From Myxococcales bacterium (GTDB lineage: Bacteria; Myxococcota_A; Polyangia; Polyangiales; Houyiibacteriaceae), in contig CP070713.1 of assembly GCA_020351445.1 (NCBI GenBank), positions 2,848,184 through 2,892,737 on the forward strand: a stretch of 44,554 nucleotides of DNA, given 5' to 3'. The stretch's first letter is position 1. Every line of letters starts with the position of its first letter. A program made the position numbers and the translations under genes. Shown here in pieces: positions 8,541 to 16,989 of this stretch. Below the pieces are notes generated by a model, which did not search any database, was not told the DNA's origin, and was given only the letters and a program-made list of their open reading frames with translations.

Positions 8541-10865
8541 ATGGAACGTTTCGTCCTCTGGCACAGGATCCTTCCCCCCGCCTTCGAAGAGGAGGAAACG
8601 ACTGCAGCTGCCGGGCAGTGGGCGCGCTACGTCACGAACGAGGTGCAAGGCAGCGGCGGGGAGGTGATTTCGTCGCTCGCGGGCACCATCGTGGCGAACT
8701 TCGCACTTCACGAGCTGAAGACCGCGATCAACCTCGCCCTGCGCTTGCTCGCAGAGGCGGAGTCGCAGCCCGTGCCTGCCGGCGGTCTTCCAATCGCGTT
8801 TGGTATCGCGACCGGTGACATTCACCGGGGTGAAGACGACACAGGCCACCTCACAAACAGCGGCAGCGCGATCGACCGCGCGCAGCTCTTGGCGAACCAA
8901 GCGCGCGCAGGTGAAGTCGTTCTCGACGTCGAGTCCCGCGAAGCCGCCTCGAGGACGTATCTGTTCGGGCGGACCGTCAGCACGAGCTCCTTTGCGTTGC
9001 GGGGCGAAGCGATCGACCGAGGTCGTCCGCTTCTGGAGGAGTGCCGGCAGTCGGTTGGCCTGCTTCAACCCGCTCCCGTTCCTGCGAGCATTCGCCACGC
9101 CCTGGAGCCAATCAAAAAGGCCGCAGCCGGATCACAAACTTGCGCCTTCTTTTTGAAGGGGCCGCTTGGCATTGGCGCACGCACTGCGGTCTTCGCGCTG
9201 CGCGACGAGCTTCGGCCACCTGCGTTCCTGGAGATCGGCGCGGTACCTGGCGGCCTCGAGCCCCTCGGTGGGCTACGCCTCGCACTGCTGAAGGCCTGGC
9301 GAGCCCTCGAGCCGACACGTCAGGCCCTCAAGCAGGACGAGCCCGGAGTCGCTAGCGCACTCAAGGCCATCGCTTGCGCGGCCCCTCCACGCCGCGAGGC
9401 GGCGGTCCACGCCCTCAAGGTGACGTTCCGCGCGCTACGCAAGGAGCAAGGGATTCCGTGGGTCTACATCGACCGCCTCTCTGCGGTCGATCCCGCAACG
9501 ATCGCGGTCCTCGGGGCAGCCCTGTCCGATGACAACGTCGCCGCCATGCTCTGTATCCGGACGACGGAAGCGAGTGTTCCGGCAGGGCTTCGGGAGCTCA
9601 AGCGGGCCGCGAAAATCGATCTCCCCTCACTCGACCCAAACGAAGCACTCTTGGTTGCGGCCGGCGTACTCGGCGCGGACTCCGACATGGAGATCGCCAA
9701 GCAACTGGTGATCACTGGCGGGACGACGGTGCTGGGCATCTTGGAAGCCGCGCGAACCATGATCGCGACGGGTGACGTCGTGCACGACGGCAGCGCGTTC
9801 GTGTGGCGAGAACAGGACGGAGAGCGGCGCCAGCACCTCGGGCCGCGGGCCCTCCTCGAAGAACGGTTCGCCACGCTCGATACGTCGTCGATGCGTTTTC
9901 TGGAGGTCGCGTGCACGGCTCTCCCCGCCTCGTCCGCGCAGGTGATCGACGCAGCCGTCGAGCTGGATGGAATCCCTGCCGACGCTCGGCGCCGCGCCCT
10001 CGAGGCGCTCGTCAACGACGGGCTTCTGACGCCGCAAGGCAAGCCCGAATCGGAGCTTCTCCGCAGGGCGGTGGTCCAGCGCATGCCACCGGCGCGCCGC
10101 ACCGAGGTCTACCGGTTCGTTGCCGAAGCGCTCCACACCGCCGAGCCTCTGGTCGGACCGGCGATGGCCGCCACCGTAGGCGCGTACCTCTGCGAGGGCG
10201 GCGATCTCGCTCGCGGCGCCCATGCGATTCTGGAAGCGGGCTCCCTCGCTGCCGACCTTGGATACACCGGCGCCGCCGTGCGATTGGCAGCCGCCGCGGT
10301 GCAGTACCAACCCGACTCCGAAACCCGCGAAGGCGCCTCCGAGATCAGCCGCGCCGTTCGGCTCCCTTCGGGGCCCCCGGTGGACGAGGAGGACGAGGAC
10401 AGGCCGACGATTCCGGTTCCCGGCGAGGATCTGGACAAGACCGCAGAAGAGATCGTCCGGGCGCTCAAGGAACGAGACCACGACCAGTTCGACTCCTTGA
10501 TCGAATCGTCGATCGCAGCGGGTGGTGACCTCACCGGGGCGCACTGCTTGCGCGTCGTCTCCTACGTGACCCGCCAAGACGTGCCCGCGGCGAGGCAAGC
10601 TCTCGAGGCGGCGAAGAAGAGCCCCAACCAAACGCCCGGCGCCGCGATCCGGGTTTCGATCGCATCGGCCTGCCTCCAGCTCGCCCGAGGCCGCAGGCAC
10701 GACGCCATGATCGACGCGCTCGAAGCCCTCGCTGCGGCGCGGTCTCGAGAGGACGGCCCGGGCGAAGCGGCTGCCTTGAAAATGGTTTCCGCGACCTGCC
10801 TGGCGGCGGGGTTAGAGGGCGACGCGACCCGGCTCGCACATGTCGCCGAAGCGGTCGCTAGCTGA
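8541..10865 (+). CDS. Large STAND-like protein: degenerate class III cyclase-homology domain, AAA_16-like NTPase domain with a broken P-loop, and helical repeats
   Basis: This is a 774-aa ORF. Residues ~1-160 follow the cyclase-homology layout (GGEVISSLAGTIVANF; PIAFGIATGDIHRG; SGSAIDRAQLLANQARAGEVVLDVESRE) but lack the metal-binding Asp pair. Residues 207-215, GPLGIGART (nt 9159-9185), occupy the Walker A position without the Lys. WVYIDRLSAVDPATIAVLGAAL resembles the AAA_16 Walker B/WxD block. The C-terminal half is Ala-rich and helical. Confidence 0.6.
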   Translation: MERFVLWHRILPPAFEEEETTAAAGQWARYVTNEVQGSGGEVISSLAGTIVANFALHELKTAINLALRLLAEAESQPVPAGGLPIAFGIATGDIHRGEDDTGHLTNSGSAIDRAQLLANQARAGEVVLDVESREAASRTYLFGRTVSTSSFALRGEAIDRGRPLLEECRQSVGLLQPAPVPASIRHALEPIKKAAAGSQTCAFFLKGPLGIGARTAVFALRDELRPPAFLEIGAVPGGLEPLGGLRLALLKAWRALEPTRQALKQDEPGVASALKAIACAAPPRREAAVHALKVTFRALRKEQGIPWVYIDRLSAVDPATIAVLGAALSDDNVAAMLCIRTTEASVPAGLRELKRAAKIDLPSLDPNEALLVAAGVLGADSDMEIAKQLVITGGTTVLGILEAARTMIATGDVVHDGSAFVWREQDGERRQHLGPRALLEERFATLDTSSMRFLEVACTALPASSAQVIDAAVELDGIPADARRRALEALVNDGLLTPQGKPESELLRRAVVQRMPPARRTEVYRFVAEALHTAEPLVGPAMAATVGAYLCEGGDLARGAHAILEAGSLAADLGYTGAAVRLAAAAVQYQPDSETREGASEISRAVRLPSGPPVDEEDEDRPTIPVPGEDLDKTAEEIVRALKERDHDQFDSLIESSIAAGGDLTGAHCLRVVSYVTRQDVPAARQALEAAKKSPNQTPGAAIRVSIASACLQLARGRRHDAMIDALEALAAARSREDGPGEAAALKMVSATCLAAGLEGDATRLAHVAEAVAS

Positions 10866-11721
10866 CGCGCGCCCGACCGGTCGGATACGAACCGAGCACC
10901 GTCAGAAAGGTCGTCACCGCTTCGAGTTCGAGCAGCGCGGCTTGCGTCGTTTCGCGATCGACGTTGCCCTCGAAATCGACGTAGAAGATGTACTCGAACG
11001 GAGTGTCGGGCTTAGGCCGCGATTCGATCTTCGTGAGGTTCAAGCCCCGCTCGGCGAAAATCGAGATGCACCGCGCCAGCGCGCCCTGCTCGTGGACCGT
11101 CGAGAAGATCAACGACGTCTTGCAGGGAACCCCTTGCTCGTGGTGCTCGGGCTTCGCTGCGACGATCACCATCCGCGTGTAGTTCTCCGGGTGGTCGGCG
11201 ATGTCCCGGCGCAGGATCGGCAAGCCGTGGAGCGCCGCCGCTTGTTCGCTCGCGATGGCTGCTTGCGTAGGGTCACCATCCTGTTTGACCTTCTCGACGG
11301 CCATGGCGGTGTCGACAAACGCCTCGACATGGCAGTCCTCGAGAGTCTCCAGAAACTCGCCGCACTGGGCCAGAGCCACCGGATGGGAGTAGACGCGACG
11401 AATGTCGCTCACCGCCACGTCCGCGGCCCCGATCAGGCAATGTGCGATCGGCTGGAGCTCCTCACCGACGAGCGACAGGCCCGTCGCCGCGAGCAGGTCG
11501 TAGCTTTCGTTGATCGATCCGGCGATCGAGTTCTCGATGGGAAGCACCGCGTAGTCGATCTTCCCCGCCTTCACGGCCTCGAGCATCTCACGAAAGCTGT
11601 GGTAGCCAATGCAGCGAATCGGCCGGCTCGCGCCCGCGAAGTGGTGCAGCGCGGCGAGTTGGCTGTACGCCCCCTCGGTGCCCTGGTAGCCGATCGTCAG
11701 CTTTTGTGGCGTCTCATTCAA
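10858..11721 (-). CDS. pheA: Prephenate dehydratase
   Basis: PDT-domain motifs are present (TIGYQGTEGAYSQLAA, LPIENSIAGSINESYDLL), followed by a C-terminal ACT domain (KTSLIFSTVHEQGALARCISIFAERGLNLTKIESRP...FYVDFEG). Confidence 0.9.
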   Translation of the reverse strand: MNETPQKLTIGYQGTEGAYSQLAALHHFAGASRPIRCIGYHSFREMLEAVKAGKIDYAVLPIENSIAGSINESYDLLAATGLSLVGEELQPIAHCLIGAADVAVSDIRRVYSHPVALAQCGEFLETLEDCHVEAFVDTAMAVEKVKQDGDPTQAAIASEQAAALHGLPILRRDIADHPENYTRMVIVAAKPEHHEQGVPCKTSLIFSTVHEQGALARCISIFAERGLNLTKIESRPKPDTPFEYIFYVDFEGNVDRETTQAALLELEAVTTFLTVLGSYPTGRARVS

Positions 11722-11732
11722 AGCAAGCGGCC

Positions 11733-12218
11733 TCAGTCTCGGAAGTTCACGTATTGAAGCGGTAGGTCGAAGTCCTGTTCTTTCAGGAGCGCGATCGCCG
11801 ACTGCAAATCATCGCGCTTTTTGCCGGAGACCCGTACCGAATCGCCCTGGATGGAAGCCTGAACCTTCAGCTTGCTGTCCTTGATCGCTTTGACGATTTC
11901 TTTCGCTTTCTCTTTGGACACGCCCTCTTTGAGCTTGATCAGCTGCCGCCACATTTGCCCGCCTGCCTGTTGCGCCTGTTGCGGGTCGAGCGACTTCAAC
12001 GACACCTGACGGCGAACCATCTTGCTCTCGAGCACGTCCCGCGCGGCGTCGAGACGACCTTCGCTGTTTGATCGGATCACGATCCCTTCTTCGGTTTGCT
12101 CGACCGTGGTGTCCGTACCTTTGAAATCGTAACGCTGAGCGATCTCTTTGCTCGCCTGATTGCGCGCATTGTCGACTTCGTGTTGGTCGATCTTGGAAAC
12201 GACATCGAACGACGGCAT
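11733..12218 (-). CDS. yajQ: YajQ-family (UPF0234) nucleotide / c-di-GMP-binding protein
   Basis: The 161-aa length and MPSFDVVSKIDQHEVDNARNQASKEIAQRYDFKGT are characteristic of the YajQ family. Confidence 0.9.
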   Translation of the reverse strand: MPSFDVVSKIDQHEVDNARNQASKEIAQRYDFKGTDTTVEQTEEGIVIRSNSEGRLDAARDVLESKMVRRQVSLKSLDPQQAQQAGGQMWRQLIKLKEGVSKEKAKEIVKAIKDSKLKVQASIQGDSVRVSGKKRDDLQSAIALLKEQDFDLPLQYVNFRD

Positions 12219-12242
12219 GTTGACCTCCGAGGCGCGACCATA

Positions 12243-13748
12243 TCACGCCGTAGGCTTCCGGCGAGCCGGCTTCTCCACGTCCACCCCGCGGTCCCCTCTC
12301 ACCAGCGGTGAAAAGAAGTTGTCCTTCTTGGTGTACTCGTCGACGCGGAAGGCAAACTTGTAGCTGGGCGCCGAACGCATGTTGCAGTCTGTCCGCTCGC
12401 AGAACCGGCAGGTCGTCCCGACGGGCACCACCATCTTTTTCGGGTCGGCAAAAGGGATGTCGTCGGCGTATGCGAAGTACTTAGCGTTGTCCGCATGGGT
12501 TCCGAGGCCGATGCTGTAGGTTGTGCCTTTGACCAGCGACCCCTGCAAAGGCTCGCTGACGATCTTCGCAAAGCAAAGATACGTCGACCCGTCGGGAAAC
12601 GCCGAGTACTGCTTCGCGATCACGCTGGGGGTCAAAAACGCCAAATGCACGGCCATTTTGGGGCAGGAGCCGCCCTGGTGCGGGAACCGAATTCCGTCGC
12701 CCGCATAGCGCTTGGAGATGTTGCCCGCGACATCGACCCGCAGGAAGTGCATCGGAACACCACGGCGCCGCGGATCCGACAAATTGCACATTCGGTGCGC
12801 CACCGTTTCGTACGACGACTCGAACAGCTGTGCGAGAAGCTCGACATCATACCGAGTGCTCATCACCTCCCGGTAGAACTCCGGATATGGAAGCAGGAGC
12901 GCGCCCGCGAAGTAGTTGGCGAGGTGGATCTTGATCAGCTTCCGGGTCTCTGCGTGCTGCCCGCTGTACCCCTCGAGGATCGGCATGTGCAGCTTTTCCT
13001 CGTCGAAGAGGCCGAGCGCGATCGTATGCGCGAGCTGAAACTTCAGCCGCTGCTCGAACAAGTCGTTCGAGACGGTGAGAAGGCGTTCCTCGGCATTCCA
13101 AGTTCGGATGACCGAGCTGTCGGCCGGCTCGGGGATTCGGTGGACACGTACCCCCACCTGCTCGAGCAGACCGCGCTCCAGGTCGTCGCTGGTGACGCGG
13201 CGCCCGAACGCGCCGTCTCGTCGAAATTGCTGCGCACGCTCTTCGAGTGCTTCGAACCAGTTGTCATTCTGCTCGAGAAAGTCCGTCACCTCGTCATAGG
13301 GGCTGTAGTCGAACCGAACGGAGTCTTCGTCTGCCTGCCGCTCTCGCTGCGCGATACTTGCCATCACGTGGTCGAGTTGACTGCGGGTGTTCTTGTAGAG
13401 ATTGAAAAGCGCCGTAATGGTAGCCACCATTCGAGGCTCGGCACTGATGCTGGCGAGGTCTTCCTCGCTGAGGTTGAGCGAGCGCAACAAGGGCTCGTCG
13501 AGCAGCTTCGCAAGGCCGTCGTCGACCCTGCGCTCGCCGAGACTCCCCATGAAGTCCTCGACCGCGACGTCGTAGAGCTCGAGCGCGTGAAACAGCAAGG
13601 GCAGCTGGACCACGCGCTTTCCCTTCTCGATGAGGCTCAAATAGGCGGGCGAAATCTTGAGGCGCCGCGCGACCTCGCTTTGCTGCAAACCCCGCCGCAG
13701 CCGCAGCTCCCGTAGACGCTGCCCCATCGCGGCGTTCGTCTCAGCCAT
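12243..13748 (-). CDS. ScfR/RamB/PrpR-type short-chain acyl-CoA-responsive regulator (XRE HTH, DUF955-like and DUF2083-like domains)
   Basis: The N-terminal XRE HTH reads MGQRLRELRLRRGLQQSEVARRLKISPAYLSLIEKGKR. The central ImmA/IrrE-like region has a degenerate metal motif (FQLAHTIAL). The C-terminal region carries the Cys cluster GGSCPKM...YLCFAKI...TTCRFCERTDCNMR. The start could instead be the second ATG at 13727. Confidence 0.75.
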   Translation of the reverse strand: MAETNAAMGQRLRELRLRRGLQQSEVARRLKISPAYLSLIEKGKRVVQLPLLFHALELYDVAVEDFMGSLGERRVDDGLAKLLDEPLLRSLNLSEEDLASISAEPRMVATITALFNLYKNTRSQLDHVMASIAQRERQADEDSVRFDYSPYDEVTDFLEQNDNWFEALEERAQQFRRDGAFGRRVTSDDLERGLLEQVGVRVHRIPEPADSSVIRTWNAEERLLTVSNDLFEQRLKFQLAHTIALGLFDEEKLHMPILEGYSGQHAETRKLIKIHLANYFAGALLLPYPEFYREVMSTRYDVELLAQLFESSYETVAHRMCNLSDPRRRGVPMHFLRVDVAGNISKRYAGDGIRFPHQGGSCPKMAVHLAFLTPSVIAKQYSAFPDGSTYLCFAKIVSEPLQGSLVKGTTYSIGLGTHADNAKYFAYADDIPFADPKKMVVPVGTTCRFCERTDCNMRSAPSYKFAFRVDEYTKKDNFFSPLVRGDRGVDVEKPARRKPTA

Positions 13749-13756
13749 GCGAGCCG

Positions 13757-13776
13757 TTTACCGCAAATTTACAAAG
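13757..13776. promoter_or_regulatory. Candidate ScfR/RamB-type operator (AT-rich TTTAC/CAAA repeats)
   Basis: TTTACCGCAAATTTACAAAG lies 9-28 nt upstream of the regulator ATG in a divergent 233-bp intergenic region. TTTACAAA is one mismatch from the TTTGCAAA palindrome that I recall being reported for PrpR/RamB-type regulators. This is motif resemblance only. Confidence 0.3.
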
Positions 13777-13981
13777 TCGACCAGCTCCAAGAATCGCCAA
13801 AAAGCGAAGTTTCCCGGCCGCTTGACCCCCACCGTTCGTATGATAATCGAAAAGTGACGGGTTCGACCGTGTGAAGCTGTAAAGAGCACCGCAACGGTCT
13901 CGAGGGCCCAGGACGCAAGCAAGGCCAAAAACGAGGTAGGCTCTGGCCCCCTCGGGCGAATCGCATAGGAAGGACCGGCGG

Positions 13982-15988
13982 ATGGCGGAGTACGGCAAGC
14001 GGCAGCGCGACAAACCGTGGATCATGCGGACGTACTCGGGCCACAGCACGGCGGCCGCGTCGAACGAGTTGTATCGAACCAACCTGGCCAAGGGGCAGAC
14101 CGGTCTCAGCGTGGCGTTCGATTTGCCCACGCAGACGGGGTATGACCCGGACGATCCGCTTGCCCGCGGCGAGGTCGGCAAGGTCGGCGTCCCCGTCTCG
14201 CATATCGGCCAGATGCGCGCGCTCTTTGAGGGGCTGCCTCTCGACCAAATGAACACGTCGATGACGATCAACGCAACCGCGGTGTGGTTGCTTTCGCTCT
14301 ACGTGGCTGTGGCCGAGGAACAAGGCGTTGACCCGAGCGTCCTTCGCGGCACGACACAAAACGACATCATCAAAGAATACCTGTCGCGCGGCACGCATAT
14401 CTTCCCACCGGTAGCGTCGATGCGGTTGACCACTGACCTGATCACCTACACGGTCAACGAGGTTCCGAAGTGGAACCCGATCAACATCTGCAGCTACCAT
14501 CTACAGGAAGCCGGTGCGACGCCAACGCAGGAGCTCGCCTACGCGCTGGTTACCGCGATCGGCGTCCTCGACGCGGTGAAGGCGACCGGCCGCGTGCCGG
14601 AGAGCGACTTCGGCAAGGTGGTCGGACGCATGAGCTTCTTCGTCAACGCCGGGATTCGCTTCGTCGAAGAGCTGTGCAAGATGCGCGCGTTCGTCGAGCT
14701 GTGGGATCGTGTCGCGCAAGAACGCTACGGCGTCACCGACCCGAAGCAACGGCGCTTCCGCTATGGAGTCCAGGTGAATTCGCTCGGTCTCACGGAGCAG
14801 CAGCCCGAGAACAACGTCATCCGAATCGTCCTCGAAATGCTGGCGGTCACACTCAGCAAGGACGCCCGGGCCCGGGCGATTCAGCTTCCCGCGTGGAACG
14901 AGGCGCTCGGCCTTCCGCGCCCGTGGGACCAGCAATGGTCACTGCGCGCGCAGCAGATCCTCGCCTACGAGAGCGACCTTCTCGAGTACGCGGACTTGTT
15001 CAAGGGTAGCGAGGTGGTCGAAGCGCAGACCCAGCACCTCGTCGACTCCGCGTGGGCAGAGGTGCAAGAGGTGTTGAAGCGGGGGGGCGCGATCGAGGCG
15101 GTCGAGACCGGCTACATCAAACAGAAGCTGGTCGAATCGAATGCTGCGCGGCTTCGCGCGATCGAGAACGGTGATCGGATCGTCGTCGGCGTCAACAAGT
15201 ATATCGAGAGCGCACCCTCCCCCCTCACCGAAAACCTCGACGACGCGATCCTGACGGTGAATCCACAGGTCGATGCTGATCAGCGGGCGGCGCTTGCCCG
15301 CTGGAAGATAGAGCGCGACAGCGCCGCGGTGGAAAAGGCGCTCGGAGAGCTGGAGCGCGCAGCGAAGACCGACGAGAACATGATGATCCCATCGATCGCG
15401 GCGGCTCATGCGGGCGTCACGACCGGCGAGTGGGCCAATACCCTTCGCCAGGTGTGGGGCGAATACCGGGCACCGACGGGCGTGGCCGGCGCCGCGGTGA
15501 AGACCTCCGGGACCGGTGCGGCGGCGGAGACCATCGATAAGCTTCGCAGTCGTCTCCACGACCTCGAAGCGCGCATGGGCCGAAGGCCGAAGTTTCTCGT
15601 CGGCAAACCCGGCCTAGACGGTCACTCGAACGGCGCCGAACAAATCGCGATCAAGGCGCGCGACGTGGGGTTTGACGTCGTGTACGAAGGGATCCGTGTG
15701 TCGCCGGAGCAAATCGTAGCCTCGGCGCTCGAAGAGGGCGTGCATTTGATCGGCCTGAGCATTCTCAGCGGCTCCCATCTGGCGCTGGTTCCCGAGGTGG
15801 CGCAGCGGCTTCGTGATGCGGGGCTCGGCGACGTGCCGGTGGTCGCGGGCGGCATCATTCCGGAGGCCGACGCAGAGCGGCTTCGCCGCGAGGGGATCGC
15901 CGCGGTCTACACACCGAAAGACTTCGAGCTCAACAACATCATGAGCGACTTGATCGATTTGGTGGACAGCCAGCATGCCGCCGAGTGA
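13982..15988 (+). CDS. ecm: Coenzyme B12-dependent acyl-CoA mutase, fused catalytic and B12-binding domains; most likely ethylmalonyl-CoA mutase
   Basis: Motifs include RDKPWIMRTYSGHSTAAASNELYRTNLAKGQTGLSVAFDLPTQTGYD and MNTSMTINATA. The C-terminal B12 domain carries the DxHxxG motif (GLDGHSNGAEQIA). The 668-aa single-chain architecture and the ccr and mcd neighbours favour Ecm over methylmalonyl- or isobutyryl-CoA mutase. Confidence 0.75.
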   Translation: MAEYGKRQRDKPWIMRTYSGHSTAAASNELYRTNLAKGQTGLSVAFDLPTQTGYDPDDPLARGEVGKVGVPVSHIGQMRALFEGLPLDQMNTSMTINATAVWLLSLYVAVAEEQGVDPSVLRGTTQNDIIKEYLSRGTHIFPPVASMRLTTDLITYTVNEVPKWNPINICSYHLQEAGATPTQELAYALVTAIGVLDAVKATGRVPESDFGKVVGRMSFFVNAGIRFVEELCKMRAFVELWDRVAQERYGVTDPKQRRFRYGVQVNSLGLTEQQPENNVIRIVLEMLAVTLSKDARARAIQLPAWNEALGLPRPWDQQWSLRAQQILAYESDLLEYADLFKGSEVVEAQTQHLVDSAWAEVQEVLKRGGAIEAVETGYIKQKLVESNAARLRAIENGDRIVVGVNKYIESAPSPLTENLDDAILTVNPQVDADQRAALARWKIERDSAAVEKALGELERAAKTDENMMIPSIAAAHAGVTTGEWANTLRQVWGEYRAPTGVAGAAVKTSGTGAAAETIDKLRSRLHDLEARMGRRPKFLVGKPGLDGHSNGAEQIAIKARDVGFDVVYEGIRVSPEQIVASALEEGVHLIGLSILSGSHLALVPEVAQRLRDAGLGDVPVVAGGIIPEADAERLRREGIAAVYTPKDFELNNIMSDLIDLVDSQHAAE

Positions 15989-16982
15989 TCCCGGCGACGA
16001 CGCGCAACACGTGATGTCCGCCGACAAGGCGGCGGTTTCGCGCGCCCTGAACCTCGTCGAGGATCGAAGACCCGAATCGCACGCGCGCGTCGCGGAGCTG
16101 CTGGCCGCCCTCAAGGATGCTCCCAAAGCAGCGGGCGGGCACCGCGTCGGGCTCACAGGCCCACCCGGCGTCGGAAAGAGCACGCTGACATCGGTGCTGG
16201 CACGCTCGGTACGGCAACGTGGGCGAACCGTGGGAGTCGTCGCAGTCGACCCTTCCAGCATACGGTCGGGCGGCTCGTTGCTCGGCGACCGCGCTCGGAT
16301 GAGCTTCGATCCGTCCGATGCAGGGCTCTTCGTACGCTCGCTGCCGACCGCAGGCGAAGTAGGCGGGCTCGCGTACGCAGCCAACTCGGCGGTGCGGGTG
16401 TTGGCCGCCGCGTATGACATGGTCGTCATCGAGACGACCGGAGTCGGCCAATCCGAGATCGACATCGTGCACGTTGCAGACACCGTGACGCTCGTGATCC
16501 AGCCTGGAAGCGGCGATGTCCTTCAGTTTCTGAAAGCCGGCATCATGGAGATCCCAGACATACTGGTTGTAAACAAAGCCGATCACGAGGAGCTCGCGCG
16601 ACGAGCCGTGGCCGACCTGCGGGGCGCCCTTCGAACCGCCCACGCCGCCGGAGCCTCGGGCGGACAGGACGCGGATTGGGAACCCCCGATCATCGCTACT
16701 AGCGCGACGAAAGGCACCGGAATTGATGAGCTGATCGACGCGCTCGACCGGCATCGGCGGCACCTCGAGGCGACGCTCGCGGCGCGACGTCGACAAGGCG
16801 AGGTCCGATGGGCGCTCGACCTCTTCAGCCGCAAGCATGGCGAGCATGGGGTTTCGACCCTAGGTGGTGTGGCAGCGCTCAAGGCACGCGCCGAAAGAGA
16901 CCTCGATGCCGGAGAAACGCCATTGAGCCTTTGCGAACGATTGAGCCGGGAGTATGTAGAAACGCTCGGAAAGACCCCGTGA
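15975..16982 (+). CDS. meaB: MeaB/ArgK-type G3E GTPase (B12-mutase chaperone)
   Basis: The Walker A GLTGPPGVGKSTL and the signature AVDPSSIRSGGSLLGDRARM are present, along with VVNKAD. The ATG overlaps the mutase 3' end by 14 nt. Confidence 0.9.
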   Translation: MPPSDPGDDAQHVMSADKAAVSRALNLVEDRRPESHARVAELLAALKDAPKAAGGHRVGLTGPPGVGKSTLTSVLARSVRQRGRTVGVVAVDPSSIRSGGSLLGDRARMSFDPSDAGLFVRSLPTAGEVGGLAYAANSAVRVLAAAYDMVVIETTGVGQSEIDIVHVADTVTLVIQPGSGDVLQFLKAGIMEIPDILVVNKADHEELARRAVADLRGALRTAHAAGASGGQDADWEPPIIATSATKGTGIDELIDALDRHRRHLEATLAARRRQGEVRWALDLFSRKHGEHGVSTLGGVAALKARAERDLDAGETPLSLCERLSREYVETLGKTP

Positions 16983-16989
16983 GGAAGAC

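Noticed and set aside
13822-13847. TTGACC ... GATAAT as the promoter of the ecm operon
   Set aside because: The hexamers are good but the spacer is only 14 nt (11 nt to TATGAT). I cannot support this as a functional sigma70 promoter without TSS data.
13860-13981. Possible cobalamin riboswitch in the leader of the B12-dependent mutase
   Set aside because: I could not find a B12-box-like conserved core or the expected multi-stem architecture. The only structure is a weak imperfect hairpin (GAGGGCC...GGCCCCCTC).
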